Source of the DNA: Octopus sinensis
Taxonomy: Eukaryota
Assembly (NCBI RefSeq): GCF_006345805.1
Contig: NW_021834954.1
Span: 1,970 to 65,969, forward strand
Length of the DNA stretch: 64,000 bases
Direction: 5' to 3'
The notes beneath the pieces are model-generated. The model did no database searches and was not told the DNA's origin. It was given only the letters and a program-made list of their open reading frames with translations. Each line of letters starts with the position of its first letter. Position 1 is the first letter of the stretch. Positions 36,877 through 50,807 of this stretch are shown here, piece after piece. The position numbers were made by a program, and so were the translations under genes.

Positions 36877-38107
36877 TATTCCTGTGTTGTAAATTGTGGT
36901 GAAAGTATTTCCAAGAATTTTCGATTTTTTCCATTTGTTTAAGCAGTTTCCTTTCCATGTTCTAAGGGCCTCTATACCAAATCTCCTCCTCCTGACAACC
37001 CCACACATTATTCTTTCTTAAATATCGCATCCTGTAATTAACAGCATATTTTATTGTTTATTGTATTTTAAATGCTTCACTCATTAAATACGTTATACAA
37101 TGACATAAGTTATTAATTATTTTATACTCAGGAATATTGTAAAGTTGTCAAATATGTACATAAACAATGACCCCCAAAAATACAAAACAGAAGGGACCAC
37201 AAAGGAAGAACATGAGGCATAAGTACAGTTTAGTGGCCCCACACTAGACTGATTCCTTGTTAGCTTTTCAATAATGGTTTCTTTAAATTAAACTTTACAG
37301 AGATGAGTTTTCAAATGTCCAGATAAAGATCATTTTCATAAAATTGACAATAAACATTTTGGAGGAGATTTTTATTCTCAACGCCAGCCTGTTTTTGTCA
37401 ACACTATCTTCAGAACTCGAGGTAACCTACCAGCCTGTTGTCCAACTATGAATCTGGTGATACACAAGCCAGATTGGCTAATTTCTCCTGAGAAAACAGG
37501 GGAGACAGAGGAGAACTTGTGAATGCCCAGTTCTTCCCAGGTAACGAATGGACTTAACAACATAGGCTGGCAGTTAGTGATTTGAGACTTAGAGCTTGTC
37601 TGCGAGATTTCCTAGTCTGTTCCGAGTCAAGAAATAAATCTCCCAGTCTCTCATGCAAAAGACAGACCTAACACGGTCATATGGAGAACTGGGAACCGAA
37701 GCCATCATTTCAAAGAACCCTTTATTCACAAAGGTCATGCAGTATGTCTGTACATATCAAGGAACCTAGACATAGTTACAATGTGCAAGACAAGTAAACA
37801 ACACCTGGGATTATTAATGGGGACAAAGGGATATACGAACTCCCTCACACAGAGATGCGGCTGTGTGCATATATGTGTATATGTATAACAGGAAAATAGA
37901 AATGTCTTTGGTGTTGATTCCTCATCACGTTTCATTTTCTCATTGCAATTTACATATGTAAAGATGTAAGGAATTTCCCATTAGATATTAATCAGGAGCA
38001 TCACTGATTATCCTTGAGAGGCAAGGAGAGGGATATAAATGCATTTTCATGCACCCATTCAAATATATATATATATACATACATACATTCTATATATATA
38101 AATATAT

Positions 38108-41100
38108 ACTTTGATACTTTGATAGGTTTCGGCCATTAATGGCCCAGGCCATGTCTAACTTAATAGCACCACCTGGTGAAGTCTTTCAAGTCAGAATTTG
38201 GGCACTATGGCCCACTCAAGTACAGAGTTATTGTTTACAGAGACATATCCGTGTGTAGGGGGTTTATCCGGGATTTCTTGAAGGAATCTGTCCAAAGACT
38301 TCTTGAACCCTATAGGGTCAGTTTCTGTTTTAATGTGTTTTGGTGTAATGTTAAAGAGAGCGGGGCCAATTGAGGTGAAATAATTGTGCCGCATTGTTGT
38401 TATGAGATGAGAGTGCGATTTTTGTTTTGGGCGGATGGCACGGGGCCCAAGCCTTGGATGTACCTTAAAGGTGATGCCAACATCATTTGGGCAATGCTGA
38501 TGGAAATTTTCCACATCATGCAGATGATGTAGCGCTCACGACGACGTTGGAGAGAATAAAGTTTAGCTTTTCTAGTCAACCCAATAGTCGAGGCCTGTCA
38601 TGCCATCTATCTTTTTGTGATTGCCCTTTGAGGTGCTTCAACTTTTATGATACCTTGTATTGTGTGGGGAGACCACAGTGGACAACAGTATTCAAGGTGG
38701 GGTCGGGCAAAAGTGGAGAAGAGAAAGATAATGGTGTGGATATCTCTCGACTGGAAAGTTCTGAGAATCCAGGAACACATTCTGCGGGCCATGTCAACTT
38801 TGGTGTTTATATGAGTGGCCCAGCTTATGTTGTTGTCCACAATTACTCCCAAGTCTCTGATGTTGTTGGACGCCGCGAGAGTTTCACCTGAAGGAAGGGA
38901 GTATGGGAGTTTCAGGGCATCCTCTTTTCCAAAGTGGATTAACTCAAATTTATCCTCGTTCAGCAGCATATTGTTTTTTTCTGCCATTGGATAACAGCCA
39001 GTAGATCTGACTGAAGGCATGTCCGGTCACTCGCCTCATTTATGACCTTCTGTAGCTTGGAATCATCTGCAAAGATTTTTATGTTGCTGTGCTTGATGAT
39101 GTCATTAATGTCATTAATGTAAATGATGAAAAGAAGTGGGCCCAGCACAGTGCCTTGCGGAACGCCACTACTGACTTTGGCTGGGCTTGATTTTACCCCT
39201 TCAACTACAACATGTTGAGATCTGTCTGTCAGGAAACACTTGATCCATTTCAGTAACTTTCCAGAGACACCAATGTTGGATAGTTTTTTCAATAGGATCT
39301 TGTGATCGACCCTGTCGAAGGCCTTACTGAAATCAAGGTAGATGACATCGGTGTTGGAGCCCTCTCTCAAAGCTCTCAAAATGTCATCAAAGTGATGCAG
39401 GAGCTGCGTTAGGCAGTCCCTTCCATTACGGAACCCATGTTGGTTGGAGATAAGCCGTCTGTTGCTTTCCAGAAATTGGGTTATTCGAGATCTCACCACC
39501 CTCTCAAATACCTTGATGATATTAGAGGTGAGTGAGATCGGACGGTAGTTCACTGCAAGGGACTTGTTTCCCTTTTTGAAAACTGGGACAACAGACTGGG
39601 ACAGAAGGTTTTTTGGAATATAGCCAGCATCCAGTGAGTTTCTCCACAGATTAGCAAGGGGAGATGCAAGTTGGTGTCGACACACCTTCAGGACACAAGC
39701 AGGGAACCTATCGGGGCTTACTGCTGAATTGTGTTTTATTTCGTTTATCGCCGCTAAGACATCAGGGGCACTAAACGTTATGTCCGATATAGTGTGTTGG
39801 GGGTTGACATCACTGATACAGCCCAGATCGGCCATATCAGGATTGCTGAAAACAGAGCAGTATTGTTTCTGCAGTATCTCGGCCATGGATTTGGCATTAT
39901 CTTGGAGAGTGCCAGTTTCATCAATTAGAGGGCCAACAATAGAGACAGTGACCCTGCGTTTCCTCGCAAACGAAAAGAACACTTTGGGGTTGAGTTTGAT
40001 TTTTTCAATGGCCCACTTCTCCTCAGCTGATCTTTGGTTATTGATGAGGGTCTTCATGCATTGTTGGAGGTTATATTTTTTGGATTCAAGCAGTGCGATA
40101 GCCGTCGAATGTGTGTGTTGCTGTTGGCAGTACTTTAGTTTGTTAATTTTTTTGTTTGTTCTTTTTATTTTTCTGATAATGGTTTTTCTGTTTTGGGGGA
40201 TTCTGCACTTTTTGTTCACAGGTCTTGGTGGGGAGTGTTTTGCACATATGTCTGTGACGGTGTCTACAAAGATCTGCCAAGATGTTTTATGGTTGGTGGA
40301 GATGTGTGTATGTGTAAAGGACCAGTCAACATTTGATAGCTCGTTCCTGATTGCATCCCAGTTGGCATTATGGAGATCCATGTTGTCAAATGGGTGGGCT
40401 GGAGGAAGGTCACTAGGATTAGCTTTCGGCTGGTGGAATTTCATGTTACAGAGAACCATGTCATGGTCTGAAAGAAGGGTTTTTTCCACTGTAATGTTAT
40501 GTATAGTGTTAGTGTGGTTACTAAACACTAGGTCCAAAATGTTCTGATGTCTTGTTGGTGCAAGGACAAGTTGGGACAAGAAAAACTCATTCGTAAAGTC
40601 GAAAAGTGACTCTGCTGCTTCTTTGTCAGCGGTTGAGGCGGGAGTGCTTGGTTTCAAACAGTTTGTAGTCCAGTCAACACAGGGTAGATTGAAGTCTCCC
40701 ATCATGAGTAGGTTGCTAGAATGGCACTGTTGAATAAAGCACTTAATGCTGTTGAGGCATTCTTTAAAGCACAGTATGGGTGTTTGGGGCGGCCTATAGA
40801 GCCCAATTACTGTCAGGTCATTGGCTTTGTTGTGCACGGTGACTGATTCACAGTAGCCGTTGGAGAATATACTATTTCCATCTGCCGTAAACGAATCATG
40901 CAGGAAAATGGCAGTTCCACCCTTCCTCCTGCCGATACGATCCGCGCGGATGGTTGTGAAATTCTTCACTCTCACTTCGGCTTCCAAGTGGGAGTTGTCA
41001 AGGTGGGTCTCAGTGAGAATGAAGAAAGGGATGTGGTGTGGATGGTTACCAACCCAGTCTTCAATGAATTGGACCTTCCATTTTTGTGCATTGATGGAAG

Positions 41101-41699
41101 GGCTGACACCTTGTGCATTGAGTAGAAATGTGGAGGTTAGTGTAGTGGCTGGTTTTGACTGTTGCAGGGAGCTTGGATTTTTTGTGTGTGTTAGTGGTAG
41201 CAATGTGGGGAATTGGTGCACTGGGGTAATAGCATAGGATGGTGTTGAGTGATGGCTAGAATATTTTTGTGTATCTCTTTTGTCATGTTCAACATGGCTA
41301 AAAAAGAATTTTCCTGCTTAGGGAGCAGTTTTTGGCTGGATGTGTGGTTGCACTGTTGGATAGGGTTGTAGTTTCCACTTTTGTTGTTGTTGTTGTTGTG
41401 TCTTCCTGAAAAGACTGGACCAGCATTACTGCAGCATGGTGTGTTTCTATTTTTATTTTTATTCAGGTTTGTGTGTTGGCTTGAAGCCCCGTTTCTGTTT
41501 GTGCGTCGGGTCCCTGGAAGATGAGTGAAGGGACAGTCACTCAGTAGACATGTTCTCTCACGTTGGGAATACCGGCAGATTTTGGGACTCCGAGTTGTGT
41601 GTGTTTTGAATTTCGATTTACTATTTGGTGGTGTTGATGTTATTGTGGAATGCGTACTTTGGCCTTGGCCGGTAGTGCGTCTAGTGCCGGGTAGATGCG

Positions 41700-41735
<36 letters not shown>

Positions 41736-41745
41736 GGTAGATGCG
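38108..41745 (-). mobile_element. CR1/L2-group LINE, near full-length ORF2 (APE + RT), ORF1 C-terminal part, (ATCAAAGT)2 tail
   Basis: 753-aa ORF 38960-41221 (LTETHL, MGDFNLP, SDH, YRPISLT, QHGFR, YLDFSKAFD, GVPQGTVLGPLLF, FADD) continues in shifted frames 38607-39020 and 38191-38514. Upstream ORF 41191-41766 has C-x8-C-x4-C-x3-H. Confidence 0.95.
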
Positions 41746-41814
41746 TATGTATATATATATATACATACATACATTCTATATATATATATATATATATAAT
41801 ATATATACATACAT

Positions 41815-41856
<42 letters not shown>

Positions 41857-41934
41857 TATTATTATTTGAGTGAATAAAACCAAACTTACAAGGAAAAATA
41901 AATCAATTTAGAAATACTAAATCGAATTCCACAC

Positions 41935-42160
41935 AATATAAAATATATATAAAATATTAGAAAAGAACCACCTTTAATCAATTCAAAATGAATAATTAAA
42001 TTACACCATCTAGAAAATTACATTTAATAGAAAAGTTAAAATAACAATAAAAAGTAAAGATTAAGTAAATTACAAAAATAATATAATGTATATAATAGGT
42101 AGAAAAATTATTCATTTTGAATTGATAAAAGGTGGTTCTTTTCTAATATTTTATATATAT
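41935..42160. repeat. About 60-bp inverted repeat (41935-41998 / 42104-42160) ending in (TA)n
   Basis: aaaatattagaaaagaaccacctttaatcaattcaaaatgaataat versus its near-exact reverse complement. Confidence 0.8.
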
Positions 42161-42231
42161 ATATATATATATAATCAGCAGTCATATACAGTTCATAAGT
42201 ATATATACATGAACAAACATATATCATCTCA

Positions 42232-42520
42232 TCAGGGAGAGAGTCTGCTTAGATGAGATGCAGTTTGGTTTTGTGCTGGGTAGAAGCACCATTGATGCCA
42301 TATTCCTGGTTCGACAACTGCAGGAGAAATACCTAGCTAAAGATAAACCCCTCTGCATAGCTTTCGTGGACTTGGAGAAAGCCTTTGACAGGGTCCCCCC
42401 CCCCGATCCCTTATCTGCGGAAACTGGAAATTGATGAATGGTTAATTAGGGCTGTACAGGCCCTATACAGAGAGGCCATTAGCAAAGTTAGGATTGGCAA
42501 CGAGTATAGTGAAGAATTGA
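42232..42520 (+). mobile_element. RTE RT fragment
   Basis: LDEMQFGFVLGRSTIDAIFLVRQLQEKYLAKDKPL..FVDLEKAFDRVP. Confidence 0.85.
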
Positions 42521-42524
42521 TCTT

Positions 42525-42860
42525 GGCTACCAGCTCAGCATTGATGTTGAAAGAGATCATCGGTTCTTTCTCAACTGCGCCTCACAAATGATAATCCAGG
42601 GAATTACAATCAGGAGAATTAGGAGGCCAGGAATTAGGACTGGAAAAATGGTAGGAATTCCGTGACAACCACTTCCGACTGTTTGTGGAAGTATGGCAAG
42701 CACTCAAATGTTGCTGCTACGCATGTAGCCTTCCGGCAGTATCCTTCTTCAGCAAGGTTTCTCCACAGTCTCCAGAAAGTTTGTATGGAACCTCACGCTA
42801 TGTTCAAAGATGTAGGTTGGCTTGACACACAAGCCAGGTTGGCTACATTCTCACCAGGAA
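42525..42860 (-). mobile_element. Tc1/mariner-superfamily (maT/DD37D-like) transposase C-terminal relic
   Basis: Minus strand ..ACHTSTNSRKWLSRN...SWPPNSPDCNSLDYHL*GAVEKE. Confidence 0.7.
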
Positions 42861-44056
42861 ACAGAACAGCGGAGACACTTTTTATTTCTAAGACTCGCCT
42901 GAAAATTTATCTCTATCTTATGTTGATTAGAAATTAATTAACTAAATTGATTTGTAGTTCATAATTGATGAAATTAAACAGTCCACATATTGAAGGATAA
43001 TTGAAGAAGCATTTCTAAAAAGAATTGCCCTATGGATCATTTCACATCATGCTAGAAATAACCGCCAAGTGCACTCAAATTTGCCTTGTTTTACTAAATT
43101 GCAAAACGTTTTAAGAAGCATTTGTAAAAACCTTTCCCAAATGTGGTCAGTCTTCCTCCTCGAAATAGAAACCAAATTCACTATATTTATCCTTCATTTC
43201 TTTTTACAAGTGAAGGAATTTCACTTATATGTAACGAATTTTCGACAAACAACAAGCAGCTTCCTTGCTATTCAATAAAAAACAAAACACATGAAGTGTC
43301 TATAAAATGTATTTTACTGCAGGCGGTCTGGTATCATGCTAGAAATAACAGCCCATCAGACTATATTTTGCTAGTGTTTTTATGAAGGACAATTTAAGAA
43401 ATATTTGTAGAAATATTGTCCAGCTGGTGGCCGTACGTGATGCTAGAGATAACAGCCAGCTATGTTGATTTTTTTGTGTTGTCGTTCATAAAAAATGAAG
43501 GAAACCGAGAAATACTTTCTCCCCCCCCTCATTATATATTAATATATAACTCCATCCTCTTCTAGTTTCTCATACATTAGTCATCCTCTCTGTTTCCATA
43601 GACACACGCACACAGCTATCATTCAATGACCATCTCTAATTCTCCGTCCGTTTATCTGATTCCCTCTCTCTCTCTCTCTCTCTCTCTTCTCCCATTATAT
43701 ATTAACACTTCGCCTTTTGTCTCTTTCTCTCTCAACTCATACTTTCCCTCCCTACTAAAAACGTGTTGTTCTAATTCTCTCTCTCCCCCTCTCTCTTTCC
43801 GTCTCTCACTTTTTCTCCTTCTCAATCTCGCCCCCCCCCCTCATCTCATCTTTTATTCACTTCGCCTATCTTTCTTTCATTCTCTCTTGTTCTTTCAATA
43901 TTTCTTTTCGTTTTCCTTATTTCCTTCTTTCTGTCTTTCTTTGTCCCCCTGTTTCTGTCTTTCTCTCCCTCTTTCTTTCTTTCTTTCTTTCCTTGTCTCT
44001 CTCTTTCTTTTTTTTTCTTGCAAAATTCCTGTACGATACAGAAAACTCTCGCACAC

Positions 44057-44094
<38 letters not shown>

Positions 44095-44684
44095 AGTGCA
44101 TGCACACACAAACACATACACACACACGGACACATATACAGGTACAAAACCGCACGCACACACAAACACACAAACACAGAAGAAACCGCAAACACGCAAA
44201 CACACTCAGACACATACACACCCACACACACGCACAGCCTCGCATCTGAAGAATCTCAAAATATATTCCTTACCAATTTCCGTTTGAAGAGAAAGTAATC
44301 TAAAGATACAGAATTACATTTTGAGAATTATCGACTGCAAAGGTTTGAGAAATCTCTTTTGTGGGAGAATGGGGCAGAGAAGTAGGAATTGAAACCGGCA
44401 TAGAATGTACGACAAATGCTGGCATACACTCATATACATCTCTCTCTCTCTCTGTATGTGTGTGTGTGTTTGCGTGTATATATTCTTTTCTTGTTTTAGT
44501 CATTGACTGAGGCTCTGCTGGAGCAACACCTTTAGTCGAAAAATCGCCCCAACGACTTATTCTTTGCAAGCCTAATACTTATTCTATCGGTGTGTTTTGC
44601 TAAACCGCTAAGTTACGGGGACGTAAACACACCAACATTGGTTGTCATGCGATGGTGGGAAGAAAAACATAGACATACTAACAT

Positions 44685-44716
<32 letters not shown>

Positions 44717-44830
44717 TTATATATAGTCAGTACAGATAAAGGGTGAAATATAATCAATTTAATAAAATCATCAAATTTCACCAAGTAGTCTTTCGGTAAA
44801 GTAAAGGACCATATTCAGTAAAATTATATC

Positions 44831-45153
44831 TAATTATAACAATGAGGGTCTTTGCCACAAGTTGCTAGACCACATACCGAAAGTATTAGAAATAGCAGCG
44901 AGAGGACTGTTATTTCTTTTACTACAAAAATATGTCCCCCCCCCCCATCCAGAAACGTATGCGTCCATAATTGACCGTGACTGTTTGATTTCGTTATTTT
45001 TCTTCTTTTTTTTGCCATAAAATGAGTTACAAATACTGTTGTTGATGGGGACATATTTTTGAAGTAAAAGAAATAACAGTCCTCTGGCTGCTATTTCTAA
45101 TACTTTCGGTATGTGGTCTAGCAACTTGTGACAAAGACCCTCTGTTATAATTA
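44831..45153. repeat. About 110-bp inverted repeat (44831-44940 / 45047-45153) between microsatellites
   Basis: Arms are reverse complements with about 3-5 differences. Confidence 0.85.
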
Positions 45154-45241
<88 letters not shown>

Positions 45242-46421
45242 GCACGGATTTTTGTCAGTGAACAGGTCGCGGATTTTAGCGACGAAAATATTTTGACAAA
45301 TTAAACTTAAATGTTGAAGTGAATCGAACGGCTTTTGTGTGTTTCTTAAATGGCTTACAAACACCTTCCACGCTGCAATTGTTTTCGTTTCAGCACACGA
45401 TCTCAGATCAAATCACTCGCTATGCGAGTACATCTCCGTAATATATATATATATATATATTATATATTATATATATATAATATATATATATTATATATAT
45501 ATATATATATAGATGGGTGTATTTTTCCCTACTTAACAATTAACATGGAAAAAATAGATAAATAGTTACCAGGGTAGCAAAAAGATCACACAAGTAAAAA
45601 GGTTGTAACTCCTCTGCGAGTTTCATTTCTTCATTTCCATGAAGAGAAGGTTACATTCTTTTACACCATTTTATTCCTTAGTTCTTCAAAGTAAGCAGAG
45701 TAATTTACTCGTTAATTATTTCATAATGAAGCCAATTACTTCATATTATCACTAATTATTCATTTCGATTCAGCTATTCCGGACAGAGTTCGATCCCTTG
45801 TGCCATATGAGTCATTATATCGATATCGATTTGGATATATTTACATATCTGTATCTAAAAGATATATCGATTTATAGGCGCAGGCGTGGCTTTCCAACCG
45901 CATGGTTCCGAGTTCAGTCCCACTGCGTGGCATGTTCGGTAAGTGTCTACTACTATAGCCTCGGGCCAAAGTCTTGTAAGTGGATTTGCTAGATGGAAAC
46001 GGGGAGAAGACCATCGTATACATCTACATATCTATGTGTGTCTATCTTTCTATCTGTGTTTGTTACTCTCACTGCTTGACAACCGATGTTGGCGTGTTTA
46101 CGCCCTTGTAACTTAGTGGTTCAGTAAAAGGAACCAACAGAATAAGTTCCATTTCTTCGATTAAAATCATTTATGGCGGTACTCCAGCATGGCCGAAGTC
46201 AATTGAATGAAACTAAACACACACACACACTCTCTCTCTCTCTATCTCTCTCTCACAAAATCATGAAAAACAAAATCCGTTAAAGGGCGGAGGACTTCTT
46301 GAGTATCAACACCCATCCAATAAATGTGTAATTATATATTTACTGTATATCTGATTTTACTCACTAATTTTTATTATTGTATATGTTTATAGTTTGCTTA
46401 TTATATAAATTTTTATATACT

Positions 46422-46621
46422 TCACATACATACATACATACATACAAACATACATACATGCATACATACATACATACAGAGAGATAGACATACATACATA
46501 CATACATACATACATACATACATACATACATACATACATACTACAGAGAGATAGACATACATACATACATACATACATACATACATACATACAAACATAC
46601 ATACATACATACACACACACA

Positions 46622-46655
<34 letters not shown>

Positions 46656-46955
46656 CATACATACATACACACATACATATATACATACATACATATATAC
46701 ATACATACATACATACATAAACATATAAAAAAAAAAATATAACATACATACATACAACATACATACATACATACATACATACATACATACATACATACAT
46801 ACAACATACATACATACTACATACATACATACAAAACAACATACATACATACAAACATCATACATACATACATACATACATACATACATCTACATACATA
46901 TATACATACACATTATACATACATACATACATATATACATACAAACATACATACA

Positions 46956-46989
<34 letters not shown>

Positions 46990-47062
46990 CATACTACATA
47001 CATATATACATACATACATACATACATACATACATACATACATACATACATACATACATACA

Positions 47063-47096
<34 letters not shown>

Positions 47097-47134
47097 CATA
47101 CATACATATATACATACATATATACATACATACA

Positions 47135-47168
<34 letters not shown>

Positions 47169-47455
47169 CATACATATATACATACATACATACATACATA
47201 TATACATACATACATACATACATACATACATACATACATACATACATACATACATACATACATACATACAAACATACATACATACATATATACATACATA
47301 CATATATACATACATACATACATACATACAAACATACATACATACATACATACATTCATACATACGAACATACATACATGAACATACATATATACTTACA
47401 AACATACATTCATACATTCATACATACATACATACGAACATACATACATACATGA
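46422..47455. repeat. (ATAC)n microsatellite of about 1 kb
   Basis: Direct inspection. Confidence 0.95.
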
Positions 47456-47745
47456 ACACGAACATATATACTGGTTTTCTCAAATCATTTTATAAACAAT
47501 AAAAATTGTGTCCAGGATTTCATGTATGTTTACAAGAAGAGAATGTTTATATGTTTTTAAAGAATCTCAAAAATAGTTGATAAATTTGAAAGAAAGAAAA
47601 TGTTTTGGATTTTTATATTTCAAGGAGTTCAAAATTTGTGAATCAATTTTCCTGAAATAGAAAATATAAACCCTGTCTTCTTCATATACTTTAATTTAAT
47701 CTGTACAATAAATCTCTGCCATCAGCTAAAAGGTGATACATATAT

Positions 47746-47799
<54 letters not shown>

Positions 47800-48019
47800 T
47801 ATATATTAATGTATGTATGTATGTATGTATGTATGTATGTAGGGGGCGTGTATGGAAAAGATAAGATAGAGAATACTAAAATAATTTTCAATCTTTGAGA
47901 CTCTAGGCGTTGGAGTGGCTGAGTTGTAAGTAGCATACTTACCAACCACCTGGTTCCGAGATCAGTCCCACTGTGTGGCAGCTTGGGCAAGTGTTTTCTC
48001 GGGCCAAACATGTACATAT

Positions 48020-48760
48020 TTACGACGGTTTCTTCCTTCAGTTTCCGTCTACCTCATCCACCCACAAGGCTTTGGTCGGCCCGAGCTATAGTAGAAGTCA
48101 CTCGCCCAAGGTGCCACGCATGGGACTGAACACGTAACCATGTGCTTGGTACGTAAGCTATTTAACACATACCCCAACCCCGCCTATATTTCGAGAGTTA
48201 TCTCCGCTTTCTTGCTATCGAAATTAAATCCGGCAAAAGAAAATTTGAAATTAATTGGAACCCCGGATACGTTGCTACCATTTAAAACTAAACTGAGGTA
48301 AGGCATTTAATTTCATTTGGGACCATTTAACGCTTGAATGAACATCCTTTCATCTTAAACTCTGTCTGTGTGTCTATAAATTAATAATACAATATTAATT
48401 ATCGTAGATGTGCGCGATCCAAATTATGAGATCAGGAAATTAATGTTTTTTTTGTACGTTATGAAACTTACAAGGGCGTGGCCGCTTTGTTGGGGACAGA
48501 GATGGGGTAACACAGAGTAGGGTCTCTGTTCAATTAGCCTGAAATGGTAGGGTTTTGTGTATATGTTTTAACAAGGGTGGATTCTCCGCTGTGGAAACTG
48601 GATACCATTTATTTAAGAAGAGTGGTCCTAGGGCGTGCCCTCGCATACTCGCGCATCCTCGCTAGCTAGTCGTGACTAGTCGATCCTACAACTACCTAGC
48701 AAAGTAAATGAAACACAAAAACACAAAGTAAGGATCGACAAGTCCCGACTAACTAGTCAT
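48020..48760. repeat. Duplicated block (SINE + about 450-bp unique segment + palindromic element); direct copy at about 58990-59800
   Basis: Shared gagttatctcc...tttaaaactaaactgaggtaaggc...acttacaagggcgtggccgc...ctgtggaaact..aagaagagtggtcc, roughly 85% identical by eye. Confidence 0.8.
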
Positions 48761-48771
48761 CTATCCTTAGT

Positions 48772-48915
48772 GTCCTCATTGACCACCAGATAAAGGATCG
48801 GGGGACCCTGTCGAAAGCTTTCTCCATGTCAACAAAAGCCAGGCACAGGGGCTTATCTTTTGTAGGTGTTTCTCCTGCAGCTGCCTTACCAGGAATATAG
48901 CTTCAGTGGCACTTT
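48772..48915 (-). mobile_element. RTE RT fragment
   Basis: AIFLVRQLQEKHL.KISP..LAFVDMEKAFDRVP. Confidence 0.8.
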
Positions 48916-48940
48916 CCCTAGCACGAAAATGTATACATAT

Positions 48941-49000
<60 letters not shown>

Positions 49001-49007
49001 GTATATA

Positions 49008-49039
<32 letters not shown>

Positions 49040-49050
49040 AATACATACAC

Positions 49051-49138
<88 letters not shown>

Positions 49139-49951
49139 TATACTTTTACTTTGTATCTAGGTTAGTTGAAATATGTTTCTGATATATATCCACTGTTGAT
49201 CGACAAGGTGAAAAGGTATAAAAACGACATATGTGTCCAGTGCCGCCATCTCAAAAGCGAAAGTGCTAGAAACATCAACGTCTGTGATCCTGGCACTGGA
49301 CAGAAATGGCGTTTTTATATACTTTTAGGTGAAGGGAGAATTCTCACCACGGTGTAACTGCTGTAAATTTGCCTTTTAACAATTGAAATATATATTAACT
49401 AGAATAAAATTTGCATAATACTGGAAAATTTTTAATGAACGGGCAATATTAATATTAATTAATAATTCATGTAATGACACGATGATGTTGATGATGGTGA
49501 TGACAACTATAATGGTAGTGACGGGGGTGGGGTGGATGTATTCAGTTTTATACTGAAAAATATAAAAATACTTGAAAACAATTGTTTAGAAAAACAAAAC
49601 ACTTCAGATGGCCAGAATTTGTCGATGGAATAGTTATCAGCATCCACCAGTTGGTCAAATTTGGAGTGTCAGCACTTAAGAGGGAAAAACAAAATGCGAA
49701 CCTTAACATTCCCCGATCTGCTATTAAACGGATGCCATATGCTGTGAGTATTAGAAACACACAGACAAACACATGAAACAGACACACACACACACACAAA
49801 CACAGACGTGATTTGTTTGCCTGTAAACTCAAGTGGTTGTTTAGCATAGGATGGGTGGATAAATTTTGTATCACAGAAATACAATGTTATTTATTTAACA
49901 AGAAACGAACCAATATTTTTGCACACACTAACGCATCTCTCTCTCTCTCTG

Positions 49952-50126
<175 letters not shown>

Positions 50127-50405
50127 AAACTTAAAAAATGTATAATATAGCAGCATTTTCGAACTTCATTTTTTATAAATATATATATATATAATAAATA
50201 TATATATATATATATATATACATATATATATAATATATAATAGTTATCGCCATACTAATATGGCATTCTTATAAAAATAAGAAAAAAGCTGTCCGCTTAT
50301 TAGCTCCATGAGGGCATCGCCTTAAGTTAGCTATTTGATACACAAACTGTATCCATATAACCTTCGAACAAGGGAGGTCAGTCGCTCCACACTACTTGAC
50401 CGGCA

Positions 50406-50447
50406 GCTACAGACGCGTTTCGGGGTATTGCCCCTTTTCAATGCAGC
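50406..50447 (-). ncRNA. Minimal type I hammerhead ribozyme, U3:A8 core variant
   Basis: Minus strand: gctgca-TTGAAAA-GGGG-caata-CCCC-GAAA-C-gc-G-TC-tgtagc. Helix I 6 bp, helix II 4 bp, palindromic ACGCGT, GUC triplet. Confidence 0.8.
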
Positions 50448-50766
50448 GTAGCCAGCCAGTAGGTGTCGCTTCCGACAATCTCTGTTCAAAGGTTTTATTT
50501 ACCTAGTTTCGGTGGAATACATCCACTTGTTTTCAATAATAGAAATATTAAAATAACTAAGTCTCTCTAAAAGAGAACAGCGGCAGCGTTCCCGGAAAAT
50601 AATAGTTATCGCCATACTAATATGGCATTCTTATAAAAATAAGAAAAAAGCTGTCCGCTTATTAGCTCCATGAGGGCATCGCCTTAAGTTAGCTATTTGA
50701 TACACAAACTGTATCCATATACCTTCGAACAAGGGAGGTCAGTCGCTCCACACTACTTGACCGGCA

Positions 50767-50807
50767 GCTACAGACGCGTTTCGGGGTACTGCCCCTTTTC
50801 ATGCAGC
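50767..50807 (-). ncRNA. Second copy of the U3:A8 hammerhead (one core T missing; mutation or read error)
   Basis: gctgca-TGAAAA-GGGG-cagta-CCCC-GAAACGCGTC-tgtagc. Confidence 0.6.

Noticed and set aside
44770-44830. CTGAATA-tggt...acc-GAAA on the minus strand
   Set aside because: Position 8 is U with no compensation at position 3, and helix I does not pair.
46387-47417. MYVC-repeat ORFs
   Set aside because: They are the (ATAC)n microsatellite.
49548-49874. 108-aa ORF or possible exon
   Set aside because: No recognisable domain; it is partly microsatellite, and the splice signals are weak.
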